From a virus, in the IMG/VR virus record IMGVR_UViG_3300043256_000348, positions 28,948 through 92,947 of that record: 64,000 nucleotides of DNA. One strand, written 5' to 3'. The position numbers and the translations under genes were made by a program. Below the pieces are notes generated by a model. That model was given only the letters and a program-made list of their open reading frames with translations, was not told the DNA's origin and made no database searches. Shown here in pieces: positions 55,420 through 64,000 of this stretch. Within the stretch, counting starts at the first letter, position 1, and each line of letters opens with the position of its first letter.

Positions 55420-55866
55420 GTGGCGGATGCAGATCAAGGACACGAGAATCCGGACCGAGAGCGCCGGCTATACCACTCCATCGCCAAGATCGAGAGCGAT
55501 GTCGCCGAGATTAAGAGTAACTGCAAACCGTGCCGCGAAGAGGTCGGTAACCACGGCCTGATCCTTTCCGGCCGGCCGGGAAACTCCAGTAGTGTCGGCA
55601 TGGTCACACGGGTGTCCCTGCTAGAGAGCAACCAGAAAGTCTTCTCTGAGATGAGGGAAGAGGCCCGGAAAGACAGTGAGCAAGCCCGGAAGGACAGGGA
55701 GCGAAACATTAAGTGGTTCCGCGTCCAGCTCGCCTCGGTGATAGGGGCATTGGTCCTCATGCTCGGCGTACAGGGATACGACGTCTGCACTCATAAAGAC
55801 TCCAATCCGGGACACAATCCGGGTCACTCGGAGCGGCCCTTGGATGGAGACGGGAAACAGAAGTAA
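55420..55866 (+). CDS. Coiled-coil + TM protein (hemolysin/holin-like architecture)
   Basis: G...GMVTRVSLLE then C-terminal TM helix. Confidence 0.6.
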   Translation: MADADQGHENPDRERRLYHSIAKIESDVAEIKSNCKPCREEVGNHGLILSGRPGNSSSVGMVTRVSLLESNQKVFSEMREEARKDSEQARKDRERNIKWFRVQLASVIGALVLMLGVQGYDVCTHKDSNPGHNPGHSERPLDGDGKQK

Positions 55867-55891
55867 CCACCGAAGTATAGGAGATGATACG

Positions 55892-56278
55892 ATGAAGCGA
55901 TCACTATGGTCGATGGCCGCCGGTGTCTTGTTCGGGATCGTGCTTGCGGAGATGTTTTCCGCCAGCATTGAACTGCACGGTGCGGCCGACTCGACGAACC
56001 AGCCAGCCCCCCCGTTCCCTCGCGGCTACCAGCAAATCACGTCCCTCTCGGCGGCGACGAGCCTGACGATTCCGGCTAACAGCCACGCGGCGCTAATCCA
56101 GGCGGAGGACCAGAACCTCCGGCTGAGCGACGATCCGGACGGGACGGCCCCGACTGCTACGACCGGCCTTGTGATCGCGGCGGGCGACACGCTGATGTAT
56201 GACGGTGACCTCCGGAAGGTGCAGTTAATCCAGGAGACTGCGACCGCGAAGGCGAATATCCTTTACTACGGCTACTGA
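55892..56278 (+). CDS. Beta-sandwich phage protein with signal-like N-terminus
   Basis: YQQITSLSAATSLTIP...IQAE.QNLR..DD.GTAPTATTG. Confidence 0.65.
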   Translation: MKRSLWSMAAGVLFGIVLAEMFSASIELHGAADSTNQPAPPFPRGYQQITSLSAATSLTIPANSHAALIQAEDQNLRLSDDPDGTAPTATTGLVIAAGDTLMYDGDLRKVQLIQETATAKANILYYGY

Positions 56279-56359
56279 GCGACGGTATCGCACGAACCCG
56301 CTTGGCCGCTGCCTGCCAGCTCACCGCAACTGGTGGCGAAAACATCACAATAGGGAGGG

Positions 56360-56641
56360 ATGGATCGCATGACGCCCGAATAATCGAAACAGCTCAAGGA
56401 AACCCATGAGGCCGTAATAGAAATGCAGGCTCAGTGGGCACCTCTTCAAGCCGAGGTCCACCGGCACCGCTTGCTGCTAAACGGGTCTGATGACGGTAAG
56501 GGCAAAGGCTTGAGGTCCCGAGTCGAGGTACTTGAAAGCACAACGCCGGGCAATGTATGGATGCGCCGGCAGATGGGCGTGATGATTACGGCATTATTGG
56601 CCTTTCTATCCATGGCCGGGGCATACTTTTTTGCGTCTTGA
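56360..56641 (+). pseudogene. Paralog of 55420..55866 with an in-frame TAA near the 5' end
   Basis: GGAGG-ATG...MTPE*SKQLKETHEAVIEMQ...GLRSRVEVLE + TM. Confidence 0.5.
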
Positions 56642-56655
56642 ACAAGGAGTGACCG

Positions 56656-57933
56656 ATGAAACGTCTAGTTCAAGTCTTGTCCACCATTTTACTGCTGTGC
56701 ACCTGCATGGCACCGGGGCCAATATACGTCTGCCCAGGTGATGACCTCCAGGCTGCGGTTGATGAGGCCGAGTCGCATGGATACTACGCCCCGGAGGTTG
56801 TAGTAAGGACGGGACGGCACAGGATCAGCTCTCCGCTTTTGATTGGCTGGGAAAACGGCAAGCCGCAGGGGAATAATGGCTGCATGATAAGGGGCGAGGG
56901 ACGGGCTGTTATCAGTTGGTCGGGGCCAGCACCAGCCAAACAGGAGTATCTGATACGGCACGAAGTAAATTCGAATGGGTTAATAATGGGAATCGAGAAC
57001 CTGGAGCTGATGGGCATGGGGAAAGTCGGTGGGCTGCTGATTGACTCTCAACGAGGTATTAACGTGCGTGATCTGCTGATTTGGGAAGCTTCGGGAGTCG
57101 GCCTTGATTCTATTGATTGTTATTTTGGGAGATTTAAACGGGTCATGATTCAGGCTGGCACAGGCACGGCAATCCGGGCAATTCGGACTAACGCGGCCTC
57201 GTTTCGCGACATTGCTATTAGTTGGTACAGTAGCGACGGCGGAACTCTTGTCGACATTAACGGTTCAGTCACGCGCATTGAGCAATGGAATATCGAGGAC
57301 AACGCCGGCTATGATGATTTGGTGCGATTGAGTGGCGGGAACATCGTCGCCACTCAATTGAGGTTCGAGGCCAAGAAGAAGTCGTCTGCTCACCGCAAGC
57401 AAGCTAAGACGTATATCAACGTGGATGGCTGCAATGGCGCGGTAATTGAAAACGTGCAGGCCTCTTCAGTGCCTTACCCATGCCGAATGAAATGGTGTAA
57501 GGCAGAAGGGCGAATCGTCACGTTGAGGGCGGAGTTCGAGGACAGACTATTGGTGGGCGATGTGGTCCGAGTCAAAGGCCCTGGCGACTATCTGGGTGGT
57601 GAATATCGCATCGTACAGATTGACGACGACGTGAATCAGATCGAGTTAGACCGGCAACCTGATCCTGGCGTAGGGCTTTGGGTGGAGGCTCCTGATTTGG
57701 CTGATCGGGACGCGCCAACAACGTGCATCCGATTGCGGAACAGCAAAAACGTAACGGTCAGAAACATAGCAACCCTGGGATTCCGCGAGGCGGTGGTCGA
57801 TGTTGGACCGGGGTGCAGTGGATTTCGGCATGAGAATGTCAGGGACACTTCGACGGACGAGGATCTAGACGACAAAGACTGGTTCTGGGTGCCTCATCCG
57901 GAGTTGATTCGGTACTCTACGGAGACAAACTAA
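56656..57933 (+). CDS. Right-handed beta-helix (pectin-lyase-like) protein with signal-like N-terminus
   Basis: GDDLQAAVD, IRGEG, IENLEL.G, parallel beta repeats. Confidence 0.65.
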   Translation: MKRLVQVLSTILLLCTCMAPGPIYVCPGDDLQAAVDEAESHGYYAPEVVVRTGRHRISSPLLIGWENGKPQGNNGCMIRGEGRAVISWSGPAPAKQEYLIRHEVNSNGLIMGIENLELMGMGKVGGLLIDSQRGINVRDLLIWEASGVGLDSIDCYFGRFKRVMIQAGTGTAIRAIRTNAASFRDIAISWYSSDGGTLVDINGSVTRIEQWNIEDNAGYDDLVRLSGGNIVATQLRFEAKKKSSAHRKQAKTYINVDGCNGAVIENVQASSVPYPCRMKWCKAEGRIVTLRAEFEDRLLVGDVVRVKGPGDYLGGEYRIVQIDDDVNQIELDRQPDPGVGLWVEAPDLADRDAPTTCIRLRNSKNVTVRNIATLGFREAVVDVGPGCSGFRHENVRDTSTDEDLDDKDWFWVPHPELIRYSTETN

Positions 57934-59522
57934 TGCGACGTATTATGCTGACCGTGCTGCTCTCTTTGTGGTGCTTCGTCTGCATGGCAGCGAACATCAC
58001 CTGGGAGGGCGATGATTCCGCAGACTGGAACACCGGTACCAACTGGGCTGGCGATGCCAAACCCGGCGGCAGTGATGTTGCAGTGTTCGATGGTGCGACG
58101 GCGAGCACCAACTGCCTGCTGGACAGCGACGAGAGTATCGCGGGCATAAGCGTCGAGGCTGACTATGAAGGTACGATTGATCTCGGCGATACCACGCAGA
58201 CGCTTACGATAGGTTCTAGTGGGGCAGTGATTGCCGGTCATGCAAACAGCACATTCGACTTGGGCGACTCCACGGTTGCGGTCGCGGGCGGTCAATGGAC
58301 TACAGTAAACCATGCTGGGACGTGGACCCGTGACACTTCGACCGTGACGTTCAGCGGCACTAGCACAATCGACACGGGGGTCACCAATAACTTTCAGCAC
58401 CTTTCGGTCACCGGCGGGACGGCGACTTCAACGAACAGTACCGAGACGAATGGCACAGTGACGCTCGACGGCACGCTGCTTGTTGATAGCGACAAGCTGT
58501 TCTTCGTAAGTGGGGTAAGCACTTTGATAATTAACGCTGCCGGCCGGCTGGGCGGCGATGGTATGCTTATTCTCCCTTTCCTCGCAAGCGGCGAAGGCAT
58601 AACGACGTTCCACGGTGATGGCACATTCGACATCGCAATGTGCAGGATACAGAACCCAAGTCCCGGTGCCGTTTTGGCGCCCGGCGATTATCAGTCTGCC
58701 GTTAAGATCGATTCAACCGGGGCAAGCGCTAGGGTCCTGGAACTCTCTTCTGCCGGTGTGTATCAGTTTGCTTCGCTGGAGCTTGAGACGACAGGCGCCG
58801 GTACGCTCACCTTAGCTAACGATGTCAACGGCCCTACCAGCATCACCGTCAACGGGAACTTGGTTTTCGACAAGGACTCGACGGGAGAGATCATAGTCGA
58901 TGGTTCCGGCAAGGGAACGAACTGGGTCATCACCGGCGACGTGGTGGATGAGGGAGCGGCTACTTGGACGAAAGGTACAGGCACGATCACCGCTTCTGGC
59001 GGCGGCGCGCAGAACTGGGACTGGGGTAACGTCACGGGTACGCTGGAGGGCATTGTTGTCAACTCGTCCGGCGGCACCCTCACGCTGGCCGACGACTTTA
59101 CGTGCGAGTCTTGGACTCATTCGGATGGCACGGTCGACTACAACAGCAAGACCCTGACCACCACGGGTGCGTTCACACTCTCTGCTGGCGCCGATGGGCT
59201 GGCTGCCAATCTGCCGAATGCCGAATTTCTAGTCGGCGGTGCGTTTTCTGCCACGGGGACGGATGCCGGAAACAAGCTTGACATGGCTGCGGCGAGTGGC
59301 TGGACGTTGACGGTGACTGGCACCGGCAGCGCGAGCTTCGTGGACGCGGCGTATTCGGATGCGTCTGCCGGATCGGCGATCTGGGCAATAGACTCGACCG
59401 ACTCCGGGAACAATCAGAAGTGGAACTTCCCTGCCGGCAACAACCCGAACGCGGTCAAGGTGGACATGCGACGCAAGAGGCCCGGACCCCGATTCGTGAG
59501 CCCCCTTGGAATGGGCCTCTGA
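57933..59522 (+). CDS. Gly/Thr-rich beta-solenoid protein (adhesin/passenger-like) with signal peptide
   Basis: TWEG....WNT.TNW....PG..D.AVFDG; DSGNN..WNF. Confidence 0.7.
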   Translation: MRRIMLTVLLSLWCFVCMAANITWEGDDSADWNTGTNWAGDAKPGGSDVAVFDGATASTNCLLDSDESIAGISVEADYEGTIDLGDTTQTLTIGSSGAVIAGHANSTFDLGDSTVAVAGGQWTTVNHAGTWTRDTSTVTFSGTSTIDTGVTNNFQHLSVTGGTATSTNSTETNGTVTLDGTLLVDSDKLFFVSGVSTLIINAAGRLGGDGMLILPFLASGEGITTFHGDGTFDIAMCRIQNPSPGAVLAPGDYQSAVKIDSTGASARVLELSSAGVYQFASLELETTGAGTLTLANDVNGPTSITVNGNLVFDKDSTGEIIVDGSGKGTNWVITGDVVDEGAATWTKGTGTITASGGGAQNWDWGNVTGTLEGIVVNSSGGTLTLADDFTCESWTHSDGTVDYNSKTLTTTGAFTLSAGADGLAANLPNAEFLVGGAFSATGTDAGNKLDMAAASGWTLTVTGTGSASFVDAAYSDASAGSAIWAIDSTDSGNNQKWNFPAGNNPNAVKVDMRRKRPGPRFVSPLGMGL

Positions 59523-59624
59523 GGAAACCCCATGGCGATTATGGCCCGGGTGAATACTGGTTGCAGTTGACAGCCGCTCGAAAGCAAGTGGCTGAGGGGC
59601 TGGAGAAATTGCAGGAGCAGCTTG

Positions 59625-61100
59625 ATGCCAATAGCAACGTCCTACCAACCGTTTATTGAGCCCCAAAAGTCGGCCTTCGGTGAAGCCGAGGTTGCCGAGC
59701 CTACGCCGGTTGTACAGCTTCAGTTCCCGTACAACATCAACACCAGGCTGGTCAACACCAACGCCAACGGGGGCTCCGTGACGTTCTCCGCCAACAAGGC
59801 GAGGATCTCGACAGGCTCCGGGACGAACCAGTCGGCGCAGCTCCTGTCGCGGCGGGAGGTCAAGTACAATCCCGGGCAGGGAGCCCTCATCCGCTTCACG
59901 GCTGTCTTCACTGCCGGGGCCGCGAATTCCACGCAGTACGCGGGCATCGGGGACGCGGCGGACGGGTTATTCTTCGGATATAACGGGACCGCCTTCGGGG
60001 TGATGAGACGGCAGGGCGGGTCGGTCGAGATCCAGACGCTCACCATCACCACGGCGTCTTCGACTTCCGAGGACATAACGATCACACTGAACGGAAACGC
60101 CAAGGCCGATGTGACTGTGACGGACAGCGGAGTGAAGGAGACGACGGCCAGGGAGATAGCAGTCGAGGATTATTCGGCCGTAGGTGGCGGATGGAATGCT
60201 GAGGCCGTGGGGGATACGGTCATATTCATCTCATTTGGTTCTGGGGACAAGGCGGGTGCCTTTACCCTGTCAGCGCCGGGCACGGCTGTCGGAGCCTTCG
60301 CGGAAACCGTTGCCGGGGTCTCCCCAACGGAGACTGTGGTCGCTCAGACGAGTTGGAGCGAGGACAAGGCGGCCGGGGCGGAGACGCTGCCGAGCCTGAC
60401 GTTCACCAACGGCAACGTATTTCAGATCCGCTACCAGTGGCTGGGATTCGGGGCCATAGAGTTCTCCATCGAGAACCCCTCGACGGGGAGGTTCGTCCTG
60501 GTCCACAGGATAGAATACGCCAACTCCGCTACTATACCGTCCATTGACAATCCTACGCTTCCCCTGTGCGTTTTCGCGGGGAACACGTCCAACGCGAGCG
60601 ACATCGTGGTGGAGACCTCCTCCATGGCAGGATTCGTGGAGGGCAAGGACGTGGACCTGGGATTCCTCAATTCCGCGGAGGGTGGCATCACGAACCTGGG
60701 GAACACCGAGCTTCCGATATTGAGCATACGCAACAAGCGGGTGTTCCAGGGAAAACTCAACAGGGCGAGGATCGCACCTCTCTTCGTTGCCTTGGCCACG
60801 CTGTCAACGAAGCCTGTTATTTTCAGAGTCCGAGTAGACACCGCATTGACGGGCTCCCCGTCGTTCTCGGACGTGGCCGCGAGTACGTCCATGGTGGCCA
60901 CCGACACCTCTGCGTCAGGCGTGTCGGGCGGGAATGTGATACTCACCACGGTCCTGGGCAAGGAGAACGCAGAGATCGTCGATCTCACCTCCTTGCGGGC
61001 GAGGCTTCTCCCTGGGGAACTTTTCACCGTGACGGGCCAGGCCGCCAGCGGCACGAACCAGGAAGTCAACGTTTCGCTTACGTGGGACGAGTTGTTATAA
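59625..61100 (+). CDS. Virion structural protein (beta-rich)
   Basis: AFGE..VAE.TP..Q..F; Y.PGQG..RFT; IRYQWLG.G; PILSIR. Confidence 0.65.
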   Translation: MPIATSYQPFIEPQKSAFGEAEVAEPTPVVQLQFPYNINTRLVNTNANGGSVTFSANKARISTGSGTNQSAQLLSRREVKYNPGQGALIRFTAVFTAGAANSTQYAGIGDAADGLFFGYNGTAFGVMRRQGGSVEIQTLTITTASSTSEDITITLNGNAKADVTVTDSGVKETTAREIAVEDYSAVGGGWNAEAVGDTVIFISFGSGDKAGAFTLSAPGTAVGAFAETVAGVSPTETVVAQTSWSEDKAAGAETLPSLTFTNGNVFQIRYQWLGFGAIEFSIENPSTGRFVLVHRIEYANSATIPSIDNPTLPLCVFAGNTSNASDIVVETSSMAGFVEGKDVDLGFLNSAEGGITNLGNTELPILSIRNKRVFQGKLNRARIAPLFVALATLSTKPVIFRVRVDTALTGSPSFSDVAASTSMVATDTSASGVSGGNVILTTVLGKENAEIVDLTSLRARLLPGELFTVTGQAASGTNQEVNVSLTWDELL

Positions 61101-61140
61101 GAGACGACGAATTGCTGGACTAGAGAACTGAACCGGACTA

Positions 61141-63690
61141 ATGGCGAACGAACTCACCTACCACAGCGCAGCGAACAGCGGCGATACGCTCTACGCCCAG
61201 CTTGAAAACACCGTGGGCCAATTGTGGAACGGCTCGGCGTTCGAGGCTCCCGTGTCTGGCAGTTGGACCAACTACGACATCGCCATGACCGAGCAGGCCA
61301 CCTCCACGGGCATCTTCCGGGCCAGTATGCCAGCGGCTGCGGCTGGAGGATACACGTTCGTGGTCCGCAAGCAGGCAGGGGGCAGCCCGGCGGTGGGTGA
61401 CATCGTATTGGGGAGTAGCCAGTTGTTTTATTGGGATGGGTCGGCGGTGGTGAACTTGGACAGCCGGCTGCCCGCCGCTGGAGCCGTGACAAACCTTAAC
61501 ACGCTCTACGACGGCGTGGAGGGATTCGCCCCGGCCTACGCGGGCCCGCGGGGTCCTGGCGTCTATTACAACGACGCAGCGGGGAATACGAACACGGTAG
61601 ACGGCACAGACGGCACCTTGAACAATCCCGTCAGCACCATTGCCGCTGTGAAGACGATTGCGGACAGCTTCAGTTTCGACCGCGTCTACCTAGTCAACAA
61701 TTCGTCTGCGACCCTGGGCGCTGCGATGCCGGACTATGAGTTCGTCGGCATCGGGGAGATGATGGCGAATACAATTGACCTTGGTACGCAAGACGTAGAC
61801 AACAGCCATTTTTACAATGTGTTGATTACGGGTGCCCAAGGCGGTACGGGTAGGTTCCAAGCCGAAGGCTGTGTTCTCTCCGCAATCACCGGAATGGAGA
61901 TAACTGCTTGCAGGTGTCTCCTTGCCGCTGGTACTTTGACACTGCGCAATGATTGTGCATTTGATAACTGGTGGTCTGCGGTTGCCGGCAGCGGCACACC
62001 CATTGTGGACATCAACAGTGTTGCAGACGTAAACTTGTACATGCGGCACGGTTCGGGGGGCATCCAGATCAACAACGCCGTTGCTACGACCGTTATGTCC
62101 CTTGAGACGAATGGCCAGCTCGTCGTGGATGCGTCCTGCACGGGCCTGACCGTAGTTCCGCGGGGGAATCTGTCGTGGACTGATAACGGGACAAGCACGG
62201 ATATTAAACCGGACGCAGCGATCAACCTTGCGAGCATCGCCCAGATTCAGCATGGAACAAAGGGCACAGTATGGTTCGTGGCTACAGATGGCCTTGCGGC
62301 TAACGATGGCCTCTCGCCTAGGGCGGCTAAGCTCTCGCCCAAGACGGTTATCGAGGCGGCCGGCGCAAACGACGTGGTGATCTTGGGACCAGGGACGTTT
62401 GCGTTGGGCGACAATGAGATAGCTGTGCCAGCAGGCGTGATAGTGATTGGTGCTGGGATTGATGTAACTGTAATCACTTCGACAGCTACATCTGGGGGCG
62501 GCAAGGGCGCAATCGTTGCTCCTGGCAGCAACTCATTGGTTGAGGACCTTACGATTAAAGGGATCGCTGCCGCTGGCGAATATCAATTTCCGTACGGCGC
62601 ACACGAAGGGAACGGTGATGCTGCCTTTACGGACGCAGTATTGCGACGGGTTAAGCTGAAGGCCGAAACAGATGGATACTATATTAAGCACGCGAGTGCT
62701 TGTACGGGAATTGCTGAGGACGTCATCATAGAAACCGAGTTTGATTCGGTAGTACTGCAAACAGGTGATCATGTTGTGTGGTTGATTCGACCAAAGCTGT
62801 TGGGCTTGGGGCCGAGTGCCGCTGATGCCCGGTTTGTCAATGGTATAAAGGTGCTTCAAGGTACGGTCTATGCCGTTGAACCGACGATTCATGTTTCTGG
62901 GGCCACTCTTAAGCAACAGGGAATTTACGCTTCTGGTGCCAGTTCGACCTGTATCGCGTGGAATCCATGTATCTATGTAGGAACTGAAGGGACTAATAAC
63001 TATGCACTCGCTCAAGGATCGGGTGGGACAGTGATTGTTTCTGGCGGTGAATACGACCGCAGCAAGACCAGCGGGATAATGACCGAAGTGTCGGGCCTTG
63101 ATTCAGCAATGGCCGCCAGTCCCACAGCCAACAGCCTGATGCAGCGGATCCAGGCCATCGACGTGCTGACCGAAGCAAGCGGCGGCGGGGATCTGGCGGC
63201 GAACCTGACGAACACGAATCGCCTAACGGCCGTGCGGGCAGCAGTGCTCACCGATTGGATTGATGCTGGGCGTCTTGATGCGATCCTGGATACGATCAAC
63301 ACGAACGCAGCCCGGCTTACTGCCGTTCGTGCGGCCATACTGACGGACTGGATTGACGGCGGGCGGTTGGATGCACTGCTGGACGCCGTAAAGGCCAAAA
63401 CGGATAACCTGCCATCTGCCGTAGCGAAGAACGTGGCCCTGGCGAACTTCTCATTATTGATGGTGGACAGCGACGATCACTTTTCGCCGATTACGGGATT
63501 GACCGTAACGGCCCAAATCTCCAAGGATGGCGGGGCGTTTGCGGGTGCTACCAACAGCGTGTCGGAGATAGCCAACGGCGTCTACAAGATTAGCTTCACA
63601 CAGGCGGAGATGAACGCCGACGTGTTGGTTTGGACGTTCACCGCGACGGGAGCTGACCAAAGGACAATAACAGTTCTGACGGATACTTAA
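61141..63690 (+). CDS. Large mosaic virion protein (fibre/spike-like) with beta-helix segments
   Basis: Two 'N..DG..P..T' beta-helix starts; helical repeats; C-terminal TGLTVT..ISKDGGAF......EI.NGVYK domain. Confidence 0.7.
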   Translation: MANELTYHSAANSGDTLYAQLENTVGQLWNGSAFEAPVSGSWTNYDIAMTEQATSTGIFRASMPAAAAGGYTFVVRKQAGGSPAVGDIVLGSSQLFYWDGSAVVNLDSRLPAAGAVTNLNTLYDGVEGFAPAYAGPRGPGVYYNDAAGNTNTVDGTDGTLNNPVSTIAAVKTIADSFSFDRVYLVNNSSATLGAAMPDYEFVGIGEMMANTIDLGTQDVDNSHFYNVLITGAQGGTGRFQAEGCVLSAITGMEITACRCLLAAGTLTLRNDCAFDNWWSAVAGSGTPIVDINSVADVNLYMRHGSGGIQINNAVATTVMSLETNGQLVVDASCTGLTVVPRGNLSWTDNGTSTDIKPDAAINLASIAQIQHGTKGTVWFVATDGLAANDGLSPRAAKLSPKTVIEAAGANDVVILGPGTFALGDNEIAVPAGVIVIGAGIDVTVITSTATSGGGKGAIVAPGSNSLVEDLTIKGIAAAGEYQFPYGAHEGNGDAAFTDAVLRRVKLKAETDGYYIKHASACTGIAEDVIIETEFDSVVLQTGDHVVWLIRPKLLGLGPSAADARFVNGIKVLQGTVYAVEPTIHVSGATLKQQGIYASGASSTCIAWNPCIYVGTEGTNNYALAQGSGGTVIVSGGEYDRSKTSGIMTEVSGLDSAMAASPTANSLMQRIQAIDVLTEASGGGDLAANLTNTNRLTAVRAAVLTDWIDAGRLDAILDTINTNAARLTAVRAAILTDWIDGGRLDALLDAVKAKTDNLPSAVAKNVALANFSLLMVDSDDHFSPITGLTVTAQISKDGGAFAGATNSVSEIANGVYKISFTQAEMNADVLVWTFTATGADQRTITVLTDT

Positions 63691-63693
63691 TCG

Positions 63694-63990
63694 ATGCTCT
63701 TCGACTGGACGACAAACGTATTCGATGTGATCGGGGCCGACGTGATAGTCGGGCTATCTGGCGAGGCGCCGACAACGGCCGTGCCGAAGTTCCCCGGCGA
63801 CACAGACTGGAGTCAGGCGGGGATCGGTAAGGCAGAAGTAGCTGCGAAGTTGGACGAGCCGGGCGGTAGCAACTGGAGTCAGGCGGGGGTCGGCAACGTG
63901 GCGGTAGCCGCGAAGTCAGGCGAGCCGGGCGAGAGCGAGTGGAGCCAAGCGGGCGTGGGGGCGGTGAGCGTGGCAGCGAGGGAATCTTGA
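63694..63990 (+). CDS. Small protein with three 22-aa repeats
   Basis: PG...WSQAG(I/V)G...VAA(K/R) x3. Confidence 0.6.
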   Translation: MLFDWTTNVFDVIGADVIVGLSGEAPTTAVPKFPGDTDWSQAGIGKAEVAAKLDEPGGSNWSQAGVGNVAVAAKSGEPGESEWSQAGVGAVSVAARES

Positions 63991-64000
63991 AATGAGTTTC

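Larger units (their letters stand above)
1..64000. mobile_element. Tailed phage / prophage genome segment (HK97-type head), probable Planctomycete host
   Basis: TerS/TerL, portal, prohead protease, MCP, RecT, RusA, primase, many short ORFs; no housekeeping operons. Confidence 0.95.

Noticed and set aside
56381-56383. Stop-codon reassignment
   Set aside because: A single case; TAA, TAG and TGA all terminate well-defined genes elsewhere.

Overview
The whole window reads as part of a GC-rich tailed-phage (or prophage) genome with an HK97-type head. The host is probably a Planctomycete; this is inferred from a ClpC-like 'MYERFTD' N-domain, DUF2585 and the AAA/DUF1257/DUF2997 cluster. Layout: (1) 1-8.5 kb, a glycosyltransferase, methyltransferase and B12 radical-SAM cluster; (2) 8.5-16.6 kb, a minus-strand RecT/RecE-like, Mom-like, SF2 helicase and ParB-like block; (3) 16.8-23 kb, RusA plus predicted exported proteins including an MMP-like zymogen; (4) 23-32 kb, early genes with an internally permuted Ycf46-like AAA ATPase, DUF3150, DUF1257 and DUF2997; (5) 32-41 kb, structured non-coding DNA, primase, tRNA-like repeats bracketing micro-ORFs, thyX, a repeat-joined small-ORF array, an orphan HigA, a two-frame C5 methyltransferase and an HNH; (6) 41-54 kb, terminase, a Clp-N protein, portal-gpF, a degenerate tRNA, a prohead protease-AAA fusion and the major capsid; (7) 54-64 kb, another glycosyltransferase and beta-rich virion or exported proteins. 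No integrase, DNA polymerase, tape measure, canonical endolysin or CRISPR array is visible. The most unusual signals are the permuted AAA module, the tRNA-like cassette repeats, the methyltransferase 'shell'/HNH arrangement, the protease-AAA fusion and the MMP-like lysis candidate. All family calls come from motif recognition by eye; no database searches were run.
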